Source: Piromyces finnis finn
Lineage: Eukaryota; Fungi; Neocallimastigomycota
DNA: 64,000 nt
NCBI GenBank assembly: GCA_002104945.1
Contig: MCFH01000030.1
Location: forward strand, 558,001-622,000
Reading direction: 5' to 3'
Shown: positions 40,841 through 55,192 of the stretch, one piece after another
How the letters are laid out: every line of letters begins with the position of its first letter
How positions within the stretch are numbered: the stretch's first letter is position 1
The notes under the pieces: model-generated
Database searches by the model: none
Told to the model about the DNA's origin: nothing
The model's input: only the letters and a program-made list of their open reading frames with translations
Program-made: the position numbers and the translations under genes

Positions 40841-41155
40841 TAAAATAAAATAAAACAAGGTTTAATTTATATTTTATTTTATTTTCTATTATTAAAATAT
40901 AATGTAAATATAAATATATCAAAAAAATAAAAATGATATAAAAAAAATTATAATAATGTAATCTATATTTTTTTATCATTATCATCTATAATACATTCTT
41001 AAATAATTAATAAAAAAAAAAAATAGTAAAACAAGTATTGACTTTTTTTTTTGTATTATAATTTTTATTCGTTATTCGTGATGATAGTAATTAACAATTT
41101 TCATTATCAGTTTTTTTTTTTTTTTTTTTTTTATTTTATTTTATTATTTTTATTT

Positions 41156-44064
41156 TTATTCTTTTTTTATTGTTGCGCTCTTTTTTTCTCTTTCTTCTTT
41201 TTTCTCATATTCTAATCTTTTCTTTTCTTTTTCATAAGCTTTCCTTCTATTCTCTTCAAATACTCCCAGGTATCTTCTACATTTTAATTCTTTTGGAAAA
41301 TATTCCTGTTCCACTGGTTCTTCATAATCTGGAACATATAAATTACTAATAAGGGCGTGGATAATAATGTATATATACATAAATATATTTAACAAAATAT
41401 AAAATAATTTAATAAAAATATAGAAATAAAAAAAGCATTACACTATATTCTGCAAAGTTTTAATTTTTATGTCATCTAAAAAAAATGATTAATAAATTAC
41501 CCTACTCCATAGCCAAGTTGCCTCATTAATTCAGTTGGTGCATTTCTGTTTATTTTAAAAAATAAATATTAACATTTTTATCACCATTCAATTTTTTTTT
41601 TTTATTATTATTATTATTACTATACTATTAAAGTTTTTAATTTTACCTTAAATGCATTGGCACGGGATAATTAATTTCTTCTTCCATAACTTCTTTTACC
41701 ATACTTAAAGCTTTAAAAACTTCTACACTCTTTTTTGCCCTTGCCATATATACCGAAGTTTGTGCTAAAACAACGTCACATTCTGGCATACCAATAAATT
41801 GACATGTTTGATAACAACTAATGGCTAGATTAAGAGCATTATTATCTCCAAAACCAATATCTTCACTTGCAATCCTTATTAATCTTCTTGCAATATATAA
41901 AGGATCCTGTGATGATTAGTTTTGTTTTAAAAGCTGTTAATATCCTACATTATTAAATATATATATAAATTATATTTCAAATGATCATCTTTTATTAAAT
42001 TTACTTCTCCAGCATATATCATTCTTCCTAACCAATATAGTGCTGCATCTGCATCATTACCTCTTATACTTTTTGTCAAAAAAAAAAAAAATAAAATAAT
42101 ATTAATAAAAAAAAATTTATATATAGTCTATTTAAATACATAATATTTTTATTATTTAATATATTTTAATACCTGTCATGAAACGCACTAATTACATTAT
42201 TATGCTCTATATATTTATTTATTAATAATAATAATATTATTAATTAGGTGTGTATAGGTATATTTATAATATTATTAATTTTTTTTTTTTTTGTCTCTTA
42301 AAAATAATTTAAGAGACTAAAACTTACCTTCGCCATCTCTGTCATAAAGTAATTGTGTTTTTTGGAATGACATTTTTATCATATCTTTTGTTATTTCATT
42401 TTTGGATTCATTTGATATAATATAATTTAATGTCATATCAACTATCTATTATTTTTTATTTTTATTTTTTTTATTTTTTTTTAATAAAAATATATTAATA
42501 TTTCCTTTCTTTCTTTTTTTTTTTTTTTCTTAGTTTATTTTTTAATTATTGCTATTTTTACTTTTACTTTATAATTTATTTTTTTTTAAAAAAAAAATAT
42601 ATATATATATTTATTACATTTAGTGAATTTCTTGCATCTCCATCGGACAGAACAGCTAATAATTCCAATGTTTCTTTATCTATATAAATATTATTTAAAG
42701 TTTTATTATCGTCTATTGTTATATGTTTTGTTTCTGAATCATTTTTAATTATTAAATTTAAATTGTAAATATCTAATTTAATCTTTATAGCACGTTCGAT
42801 AATGGACATAATTGCGTTTTTACTTAATTTTTTTAGTTGAAATACCCGACAACGACTTAATAAAGCAGAATTTAAATAAAATGAGGGATTTTCAGTAGTG
42901 GCTCCAATCAAAGTATAGGACCCATGTTCAACCCACGATAGAAAAGAATCTTGTTGTAATTTATTAAATCTATGAATTTCATCAATAAACAGTATTGCTT
43001 TTTTTCCTGTTAGTTTCAAATGGTTAGCACATTCTTCTGAAGCTTTTTTTAAATCGGATAATGAATGGATTGTGCCACTTATTTCTTTTAAAAATGTATT
43101 ATTTTGGTGTGCGATAATTCGTACCAAACAAGTTTTTCCTTTTTTTTTATTCATTTTTTTATTTTCATTTTTAATTATAAAATAAATGGATTCAAAATGT
43201 ATATGGTTTTATTATTTTATTAGTACAAATTAATTGATGATTAATAAATTAGTATTTATGATTTTATATTGGATATTAATTGATTAAATATTAAATGATT
43301 TATTATAATGTTTTTTTTTTTTTTTTTATTTTTTTTACACTATTCTTGATATGTATTTTTTAATTCTATTTATATTTGATAAAATGTCTTTTCTTTATAT
43401 AAAATATAATACAATGATAATTACCAACACCTGGTGGACCCCAAAATATTAGTGAAGGTACTTTATTTTTTATTATTAAATCTTTTAATATTGTATCATT
43501 TCCTATTAATTCTTCTTGACCAAAATAATCATCCAATGTTTTTGGCCTTGCTAATTCTGCCAATGGTAATTGTTCTTTTTTATTTTTTTTAATAGGGCTA
43601 ATTCTGTATTTTTCATCCATATAATTATTATTATCAAATTTCATTGAATAAGTTTTTTCATCAATTTTAATTTTTTTATTAGAATGGCAAGAAAGGTTAT
43701 TGATATTATTTTTACTCTTATTATTATCCTCTATATTTTCATTGCTGTGATTGGAAAATGATTTGAAGTGTGATTCTGAATAATTTGAAATGTTTTTATT
43801 TAAGGAATCTTCACTTTTTTTCCCATTTGATAGTTGACTGAAAAGTGTTACCTGAACCGTTTTTTTCTTTTCAGGAAAATTAGTACATAGATTCTTACTG
43901 TTTAAATTAAAAGTATTATCTTTATTTTTTTCATTTATTCCATCTTTTAAGGTATCATCCATTGGAACTATTTTGAATTGACAATTACTATCTATATGTT
44001 CATTGATATCAGATATTACTACATATTTATTACATATTGGACATTTAACAATATTATTGCTCAT
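41156..44064 (-). CDS. MGS1: MGS1/WRNIP1 AAA+ ATPase with N-terminal UBZ zinc finger; about 7 exons
   Basis: CPICNKYVVISDINEHIDSNC, PLAELARPKTLDDYFGQ, FWGPPGVG(KT), LFIDEIHRFNKLQQD, GATTENPSF, DGDAR. Downstream exons give KSIRG.[47 protein letters not shown]. Confidence 0.93.
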
Positions 44065-44370
44065 TTTCTCTTTACTTTATAACATTATATAAAATAAAAA
44101 TATATCATTATTATTATGTTTAATACTTTATTTTTTTTCAAAAATTTATCACCATTTTTATTATTATTATTATAAAAATCATAATAATAATAATAATAGG
44201 ATATTCTCAATAATAACTTAAGATTATCAAAAATTCATATATTGTTTATTTAATTTATGTGATGGTCAACATTTTATTAAATACTATTATTAATTTATTT
44301 AGTAATAATGTAATAATACTATTACAATATTATAGATAGACTTAATTATAATAAAAATTTAGTTTTTTGA

Positions 44371-44600
<230 letters not shown>

Positions 44601-45986
44601 TTTATTATTATTACTAAATATTCTAATTTTGATTTATTTAACAAATAATTAAATCCATACTTCTTATAAAAACAGTGTTTCAATTTATTTATTTATTTTT
44701 TAAAATTTTGAATAGTAACAACTTCATATTTTTATTATTTATTTTTTTATATTAATAAAAATGCGGATATCAATCTATTTTATACGAATATATAATAAAT
44801 TAGTTTTTTTAAAAAAGAATGTAATTCTTTTTTCTGATTTCTTTTTTTATATAATAAACTAAGTTAATTATGAACGCTTTTAAATTAAATTTTTATGTTT
44901 TAGTTTTATAAATATTATACTACCATACTGATATTTTCTTAATTCTTTTTACATTATATTATTTTTTAAAATTACGTATTAAAAACATGTTACTTCTTTG
45001 ATACAATGTCTTTTATTTGTACCGAAAAATAAAAATTTCTTATTTAAAAAATCTGGTAAAGGTTTGAATTTTTCTGGTTAGAAAGAGTGACATAAATTTT
45101 TATAAAGTCATCTAATTTTTTTTTTTTTTTTTGTATCGATTAAAAATGTTTAATATATTTTTGGATACATTTTTTATTATTATTTAGGATGGAAGTATTA
45201 TTTAATGTAAACTTTATTTACTAATAAAATCCAAATTAAATTTCATTTTATGTAATATTTTATGACTCCAAATCATTATAATAATTAATTTGGAAAAATA
45301 ATAACTTTAAATATAATAAAATAGATTAATTTTTAATTTTATTGGTTAAAATAATGATTTATATGAAATGCAGAAATTTTTAAATATTTCAATATTAAAA
45401 AAAAAAGTAGGATTTTTGAGGGTTTTTTTTTTTTTTTTTTAAAAAAAAAGAGGTTATATTAACTTTAACAAAGGTTTAAAACTATAAGAAAATAGTTTTT
45501 TTCTACGACTTTTTAATATTATTTTTAAATAATACTACTACTAATAATAATTATAATTATTATTATTGAATTATTGAATTATTATTAAATATTATATATA
45601 TTATATATAAAATTGAAAAGTATAAAAAATATTTAATTCCTTATAAATTTAATTTTAATTATATTAATATAATATATTACAATAAATTTAAAATATATAA
45701 GTTAATAATTCATAAATTCATATATTAATTTAAATAAATATTTAAATTTAAAAAAAAATTATATAAAGAGAAGTGTTAAGCAAAACATTTTCTTTTTTTT
45801 TAAACCAAAAATTTAAAAAAAAAAATAACATTATATATATAAATAATAATAATAATAATAATAATATTTTATATTTTTTTTACAATAAAAAAATAAATTT
45901 AATAGAAGATAAACAATAGAATATAATATTACAATTTTTTTTATCAATAAAAATATATAAAATTAATTCAATAAAAAAGAAACAAT

Positions 45987-47351
45987 ATGAAAGTAATTGC
46001 GTTTGTGATAAGTATTCTTTTTTTTAGCCAAGTAATGGCGTATTCAGGAGACTGTAAAGAAATATATGATTTCTTATACGGTAAATCTTCAGGAGAAGAC
46101 TATGGTGAAGATTATAGTAAAGATCTTATTTCCTGTAATGTAGATGAAAATGGAAAAGTTACCGAAATGTAAATATTTAAAATATATTTTTTTTTTTTTA
46201 AAAAAAAAAAAAAGGAAGTAATAATAATATTTATTATAATAATTTTATATTTTAATTTTATTTATTCAATTTTTCATTATTCTTTTTTTATAAATGATAT
46301 GATATAAAAGATCTATGTATACGTATTGTTTAAATGAAACTGAACTCAATACCATTCTTTCATACAATACTATCACCTCTTTGTAAGCAATTTTATGTAT
46401 AAATATAAATATAATATATAATATATTTTTGCTAATATTTATTTTAAATTTATTTTATAATAACAAAGGTATTTCGATGATATACATCACTATCATTCTT
46501 CTGGTATGGATACTATAAGATCTTGTGGTTCAACAAAAGCTCTTCCAAGTGCATTATCTGATTTGAAAAACTTAGAATATTTGTAAATACTTTTCTTTTT
46601 TGTATTATTATGACAATTATAATTATAATAACCATTAATAAAATTAATTTTTTAAATGAATAATAGAAATCTTTTTGGCTATTTTAGTTATAAAGAAAGT
46701 GATATTGCTAAGCTTCCAAAAAGTATTAAACATTTGTAAGTTTTTTTATAATTTATCGTTTTTATATATTGTTATATATTTTATAATAATAATAATATAT
46801 ATATATTCTTTTAAATAGATCATTAGGTGATACTACATTTCCACAAGTTTCTATTAATGAAATTACTAACTTAACAAATCTTGAACAATTGTAAAAAAAT
46901 ATTTAATAATAGTATCGAATTTTATATACAAATATAAAAATAATATTATTTACCAAAATTATATATGATTCATTAGATCATTAATTGGTACCAAAATCCC
47001 ATCCGACGCTGATGTTTCACCATTTAAAAATCTTAAAAATCTTAAAAAGCTGTAAGTTTTTAATTTATTATGAATAAATCCAGCATAATAATAGGTTTTA
47101 TTTATATAATTTATGTATATAATTTATTTATTTATTTATATTTTATAATAGTTATGTTTCAAATAATGACAAAACCATGACCTATACTAGTGAATATTTA
47201 AATCCTTTCTTCATAAGTTATTTCCCAAATTTAAAACAATTGTAAGTAATACAATCTTAATTTTTTTTTTTAAAAAATTAAAATATCAATACTAATTTAA
47301 TTTTAATGATTTAAATCCAATTAATAATGCTATTACTATACTACCAATACA

Positions 47352-47412
<61 letters not shown>

Positions 47413-50185
47413 GAACCCTAGAGTACTATGTATTAAATCAAGATGCTATTAACTCATTAGCCACTTTAACAAATATTGATGAATTGTAAAATTGCTAAAT
47501 TTTATTAATAATTTAAAATATTTTCTTTGAAAAATATTAATATTTTTTTATTCAAATAGAATTATTAAAGAATGTGGCTACGATCCAGAAGTCATTATTG
47601 ATCCATTAAAGAAGCTTACTAATCTTCAAATTTTGTAATTTATATTATTTATTATCCACAATTAATGATATAATTTATATAATAATAAAATACTTTTTTT
47701 TTTTTTTGTTAATTATTATTCTTTTATTATAAATAGAGAACTTCAAGGAACCTATCCTCATTGTACTGATAGTGTTGATTTATTTAGTAATTATTACTGC
47801 CCATTGACTGAAATTTCAGAATCTATTTTCGAATTAACTAAATTAAAGAAATTGTAAAATATATAAATTTGGTTTTTTATATTATATATCATATATATAT
47901 AGATTATTAATTTAATACAATTTTTCTTTAATATTCATATTTTTTTATATGATATTAAAAGAACTATTTCTGGACAAAGATCTACTATATATCCATCCAT
48001 TAAAAGTATAAGTAAATTAGTTAATTTAGAATCCTTGTAAGTAATAAATATAATTTTGTTATTATTTTTATAATAAAGAATAGTCATCAAACTTCAATTA
48101 AAAATTTTTAATTGAAGTCTTAATATTAAATTTCCTATAATAATGGATGATTTATCAATGTATATTTTTAAATAATAATCTATAGAACTTTAAATGATTT
48201 TAATATAAAAGAATTTCCTGATATTTCTAAATTATCAAATCTTGTTTATATGTAAGTTACAAAAAATATAGTAGTAAAGAATTTTTTAATTTTATTATTT
48301 ATATTACAATATTACAATATAATTAATTATTTTAATATTAATACTAATTATATTCTTTCTAACTTTTTTTATGTTATACCTTTATATATATGTATTTTTT
48401 TTAGTGATTTAACGGCGAATAGTATTTCTACTATTCCTGAAAATATTGGAAATCTTAGTAATCTTGAGATTTTGTAAATATCAATTTATTTTCATATTTT
48501 ATTTATTACAAAATAAAAATTCATATCTTGCTAACTCTAATTATTATTATTATCATTATTTATTATGATAATTTATTTCTTTAATATTAACCTATTTAGA
48601 ATGTTAAGTAAAAATAAAATCAATAACTTACCTGAATCTATTGGTGATCTTGTAAATTTAAAAGAATTGTAAGTATCATTAAATTAACACTCTTTATTGA
48701 AACTTTATTAAAATATTTAAATTTTTATTAATATTTATTACTGTTGTTATAAAAGATTATTAGATAATAATGAAATTACAAATTTGCCAGAATCCATTGG
48801 TAATCTTACTAATCTTGAAATTTTGTAAGCAATAAAAACAATCAATTATATTTATTTAAAATTATTTTTTATCCATATTCATATGATTATTAAACTATTA
48901 ATGCTTATTATTTACAATATAGAAATTTAAATAAAAATAAAATAACTTCTATTCCATCAACTTTTGGAAATATGAAAAGTCTTATGAAATTGTAAATATT
49001 TTTAAAATAAAAATTAAAGCAAAAAAAAAAAAAAAAAAAAAAAATAAATTTATATTATAATAAAAAATATTCATATTAATATATGTATATATATTATAAA
49101 GTTTAATTAGTTACAATGAACTTACCGAAATTTCAGAATGTATAAGTGAAAACATTAATTTAAAAGAACTGTAAAAGAAATTCTTATCAATAATTATTAT
49201 TAAAATATAATATTAATAATAAATCATTAATATTTAATTTTTTTAACATTATATTTTCATATAATAGTGACCTGAGTTATAATAAAATTGATTCTGAATT
49301 ACCTAAATCTTTAAATAACTTAACAAATCTTCTTAGAATGTAATGAATATAAATTTTTATTTTTAATTTAGTAATTAATATAATTATCAATATTCTAATT
49401 ATTATATATTTTTATTAATAAAAAAAAAAAAAAGATATCTTGAGGGTAATATTAATGTTAAAGGTGAAACTTTAACTAATGAAAGTCTTATCTCCTGTAA
49501 ATATTTAGTATATGGACAAAAAATATTGTATTCTATTTGTAAAGCTAAAGAACACACATGTTTCAGTTATACTGATAAAGATATTCCTCTTTGTCCTCCA
49601 TCTTCTACCACTACTACTACTACTACTACAACTACTACTACCACCACCACCACTACTACTACTACAACTACAACTACTACTAAACCTTCTACAACTAAAA
49701 CTAAAACCACTACTACTACTACCACCACAACTACTAAACCTTCTACAACTAAAACTAAAACCACCACTACTACTACTACCACAACTACTAAACCTTCTAC
49801 AACTAAAACTAAAACCACTACCAAAACTAAAACTACTAAACCTTCCAAAACCACAATTAAAACTACTACCAAAACTACTACTGTCAAACCTACAGCCACT
49901 CCAAAATATAAATGTATGTCTGAACTTAAAGGTTATCCTTGTTGTTCCAAGGAAATAAGCATTGTTCTTAAACATGATCAATACGGTGACTGGGGTTATG
50001 ATTTTAAAAAAGGAAAATGGTGTGGTCTCACGCCATACAAATCTACTCAAGAAGAAAAATGTTGGTCTGAAGCATTAGGTTATAAATGTTGTAAGAAATG
50101 TAATGCTCTCTATAGAGATTCTAACGGTTTATGGGGTATTGAAAATTTTAAGAGATGTGGTATTCCTTCTTCCTGTTCAAAATAA
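45987..50185 (+). CDS. Secreted leucine-rich-repeat protein with a Thr-rich linker and two fungal dockerin (CBM10-type) modules; ~19 exons
   Basis: Signal peptide MKVIAFVISILFFSQVMA. A series of ~70-nt exons, each encoding one LRR (e.g. ISTIPENIGNLSNLEIL, INNLPESIGDLVNLKEL). The last exon (49435-50185) ends CMSELKGYPCC..DQYGDWG..WCG and CWSEALGYKCC..GLWGIEN..CGI. Confidence 0.88.
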
Positions 50186-51102
50186 GTTATGATAGACAAA
50201 TTAGCGAAATATAATAATATATAAAAGAAAAAAAATATTACATACATTAAATATGATATTTACACAATGTTATGCTTATATTGTATAATATTTAAAATAA
50301 TAACTTATTATTCTTATCATTTATTAGTATTTAAATTATTAAATTTCAAGTATAATAGTTATTTAAATTTAATATATATAATTATCAAAATATAACAAAA
50401 ATTAAAAAGAAATATTAAATATTATATTTTTATAAATATAATATTTATAATATTATATTTGAATTATACTACGTTTATATATGTAATACACGTAAAAATA
50501 AAAATATAAAAAATAAAACTTTATAAAAACTAAAATGGCTGCTTAGTTAGTCTTTAAAGGAAAAATATTAAGGACTAAGCTCATGATTAAAAACATTTAT
50601 CCATCGAATTTAAGTATTTGATGGATAAGTTGAATGTTTGGTATTCAGATAAGTTTGTATAGTATTTAATTAGAAGAGTAATACACTATTGTTGCTGTAT
50701 TTTTTCCTTTATTCATGCAATACTACTCTTCTCTTGTAAGAATCCAATGTAGATAACTTTAGTATTTGCATCGTATATTTATATTCATGTAACTATTGTT
50801 GAATTGTTTCCTGTAAGAGATTGATTCACTCTACATCATGTAAAAATACTTAAAAATACTATTCACAATCTTTCTGGTGTTGGCATTCAATTCTGCTTTA
50901 AAATCTTATCAATTTAAATATTTAATGAAAAGTAAAGTTAGCGAATCGAATTTACTAACAACAAACCAAAACCAGAATTTACAAAGAAAATTTACAACTT
51001 GAATTTCAAAAGAAACTTTAATCAAAGCATTGAAACAATTTTTTGTATTATCCAGTACTTTTTTAAGAAGAGAGAGACAGTTTTTTTTTTCCTATAAACA
51101 TT

Positions 51103-54100
51103 ATATTTAAATTTTTTATTAGTATTTATTTTATATTCAATTTATTTTTAATTAAAATTAATTATCATGTCAGACCTTTATATTAAAGATAAGAACTATA
51201 TCAGACGTGGTGCTCGCTTTTATGGTATCCATTTAGATAATATTAGCTCCTTCTTTATCCGTGGTATTCGATCATGGTCAGTTAGTATGCTATGGGAAAA
51301 ACTCGAGGTTATTCTGAAGGATAAATTTAATTCAGTGATAAGTGTTAAATATTTTAAGAATTTCAATATTCACTTTTCTCTTAGTCAAGGTTCATGGCTG
51401 GAATAAAATCCTACACATCTTAAGGAAGAAACTTCCCATTGTTTCAATTTCCTTTTCAGCTCGTAGTAGAATGAATCACAAATACACTTTTTCCTCACTC
51501 AAACATAAATTTTTAGTTTCTAATAAACATCAGCAATCAATTCAACAGTCAATTCATCAATCTCATCAACAATCATATCATCAATCTAATCAAATTCAAT
51601 TTCAACAAAATCTTCAACAGGATTTTCAGCATGAAAATATTCCAGATCTAAAACAAACACAATTTCAACCTCAACATTCAACAATTATTTCTGATAGTTC
51701 TATCAACTCCGATAACAGTTCAATGGTTGATAGTTCTTCAGTTACAAAGCCATCTAATAATAGTTCAACTAATTCCTCTGTCACATCATCCATTAATAAT
51801 GATGACTATATTAATAATAATAATAGCAACGACTCTTCCTCATCCAACAAGCCTGATAACTTTTCTTTTTGTATTAGTTGGAATACCAATGGGTGGAATC
51901 ATGAGAAAAGAGATAATATCAGTTATTTCATAGCTATTTTCAAACCATTATTTTTATGTTTTCAAGAAACTAGTAATAGTTCTGGATCGAATACAGAATA
52001 TCCTTTTCGTGTTACATTACGAAACTACGGACACTTTTTCAAGAAAGCTAATGAATCAGTTCCAGGAATGAGAGGTTTATATTTAGGTATTCACAATTCA
52101 TGTCAAGCCTCACATGAAAACTTCTCAAGAAAGTATATTATTTCTATTTATACTATTTATACTTTTAGTTATTGGAATAGATTCAAATACTCAATTAGAA
52201 ATGTTTATATGCCTCATAGGCATCACACCATCTATGTTGACTATGCAAAGTTAGAAGTTCGCTTGTAGTTACAAACTCATTCATCCCATCCATCGATTCT
52301 TGTTGGTGATTTTAATATATCTAAAGTAAAATTATCCAACTGGTTATCATCTAATGGATTAGGAGATTGGGAAGTACTTCCACTTAAAGGTTCACCTATC
52401 TCCTGGACTCAAAGTGATCAATCACCCGACATTGATTATGCTCTTATCAATTTGAAGATGAAAGATCTTATTCACTCAGGATCATTTATAAATGGCTTTT
52501 ATCCTGTATCAGATCATAAGCCACACCTTATTAATGGTAAAATTATTCCTATGGAAGACTTTTCTAATGACATTAATGTTCCTATGAAAATTCTGAAATA
52601 GAATAGATTAAAATGTTTTGAGGAAAAGGAATCTATTCTCAATCATAATAAATTCCAAATACTTTTAGCAAAACTTAACGATCTTAATGTTTTTACAGAT
52701 GAAATTTCCAATGAGTTTACTTTATCTGCGTTTTCAATTGCAGATGAGCTCAGTATTACTTCTTTAAATAATGTTATAAAATCTTCATTCATATTTCACA
52801 ACAAACTTTTAATCTCCAAAAAATCAAAATGAAGTTGTATAAGAGATTTAAAAAAGAAAGAATTTATGATATAGATGAATTTATTAAAAGAATTAAAATC
52901 TACCATAAGCTCACCAGTTACATACATAAAAGATGTAATAAATTTAGGAAACAAGAATATTTTCATTGAATTAAAACAGAATGTGAGTATATGAAAAGAC
53001 ATAATCCTAAGAAGACCTGGAAATGGATCAAGAAAACTGCAAAATTGGAAAAGATACTTTCTTTACTGCTCAACCAACTAAAAATAAAAGTGGAGATTTA
53101 GTTGTTGCTACGAAAGAACAACTAGAGGTTTAGCATGCCCATTTCGAAAATCTTGTATATGATCCAAGTGGTGTAAGTCTTGATTTGGAGCATTGGTATG
53201 AAGAACCAATAAATAAGCGTTTTTCACTTCCTATGCTTGATGAATGGGATATTAACCAAAATATTAGTATTGATGAAGTCAAATCAGCCATACTCTCTAC
53301 TCTAAATTATAAAGCATCAGGTCCGGATAGTATTCTTATTGAATTTTAAAAAACATTAATTTTTTCAAGTAATGATTTTAATAATGCTACAAATAATAAT
53401 TCTTCTGGTAATGCCACTTCAAATAATGATGCTCATGGTTTAAATTTTATTCATAAATTATTCAACCATATTTGGGATGGAGACTTCACTAGCTCTTGGA
53501 ATGAATCCATATATTGTTTCTATTCCTAGGAAGGGACATTTGACAGACTGTAATAACTACCGAGGTATATCACTTATCAATAATGGTATTAAGTTGATAT
53601 CAAAGATTGTCACCACTGGAATTTCAGAATATGGTCTTAAGAATAATTTCATTAGACCCGAACAATTTGGTTTTCGAAAAAAGGAAGAAAGTATCAGTTT
53701 TTTCATTTCAATCCAAGAAATATGACGTAGATGTCAATTAGATAATAAAGAGACATATTTAGCCTTTTTAGATCTCAGGAAAGCATACGATTCAGTTCCA
53801 ATCGGTGGTATTCTCCATAAATTAGATTGTTTAAGAATTAGAGGTAAGAGTTTACAGTTTATCAAAAATTTATATTTAACATCTAAGGCTAATGTAGATG
53901 GACAATTCTCGAAATCTTTTGACATGAAGAAAGAAGTCCGTCAGGGTTTCCCACTTTCTCCTATTCTCTTTAATCTCTTTATTAATGATATATTTAGAGA
54001 GTGCGAAGATCTCGGAGTCAGTTTAGGTGACACTCGATGCTGTAGTGGACTTTTTGCAGATGATATAGTTATTTGTGCTCCATTAAGAGGATGCTTAAAA

Positions 54101-55192
54101 AAGATGCTAAAAAGAGTTAATGAATGGGCATTGTATAATGAAATGGAATTTGGTATCCAGAAATGTTCAATAATGATGATTCGTCCTGAACCAGTAGAAA
54201 ATCAGAGCAAGAAAGATCCAACGTTTTATTTATTATGAAAACCCATTCCAACTACTGATTGCTACATCTATATTTGTGTTTCATTTGATAAGAATTTTTC
54301 CCTTAAATCAGTTATGAAAGCTCTTAATAACAAGGCTTTGAAAGGACTTTTCTCGTTCAGTAAATTCTTACGGAATCATTTCAAAAGATTTGAATATTCC
54401 TCCAATGTTGGCCAAATGCGCATTAGCTAATGTTACATGTTTTAACAAGTGAAAAAAATCAAAATACGTTATCTCACACCTTGTCAATTACATTCCTAAA
54501 TTTAGAAAATATACATGGTGCAAATCAAGTAAGACACTTGATAAAAAATTAAAGAAGCATGGAGATGTTAAAGCAGTTAAAAACTTTTATTGGAAAGATC
54601 TCAAAGGAAATTCAATGAAAGCGAAATACTACGATGATAATAAATTTATTGAAACTAAAGATTTTATTAGATTATGTTATATTATGTTATAAGTATCCAG
54701 AGTTTGCCTATGGTTTCTACTGGCTATTGAAACAAGAAGCGGATACAAGTTGGATGCTAGAATTTCAAAAGCTGCTAAATTTGTTGATCCAATTTGTCCT
54801 AACTATTGGTCAGCAATGGTTAGGACAAATTGGATCAGCAATGGTCAATGTTCAAAAGGTTTGAAGCAGCATCCAAGAACATCAATGCTGAAGAAACAGT
54901 AAGACAGGTTAAGAGGGCCAGCGCAACCAATAGAGATCATAATTTTGTTCCATGACAAAATTTTGATCTTTAACTCGGTGTCCCATTGGAAGTCAAATAC
55001 TTTAGTATAATAGTGGCTTTCTTACTTTAATTAAAATGATCAGAATACATTATACCTAATTTTTATTCATTTGTGTTGATTTTAAACCTATTTTTTAATT
55101 TTTATTTTTATTTTTTTATAAAATGTATTATAATTTTAATTAAATTAATAATAAAATTTAAAAAATATTTGATGTCATTAAAAAAAAAAAAA
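51103..55192 (+). mobile_element. LINE copy 3: probably 5'-complete but decayed (many stops and frameshifts, two internal deletions near 54380 and 54805); N-terminal RRM-like region, Q/S/N linker, APE, RT; poly(A) 55180-55192
   Basis: Colinear with copy 1 from ~51663 onward, with ~500 nt of extra 5' coding sequence from ATG 51167. Possible degenerate TSD AG(T)8-10CC at 51089-51102 / 55192-55203. Confidence 0.93.

Noticed and set aside
50597-50628. 13-bp hairpin as a Helitron 3' end or terminator
   Set aside because: No CTRR terminus follows and no matching 5' TC end or second copy was seen.
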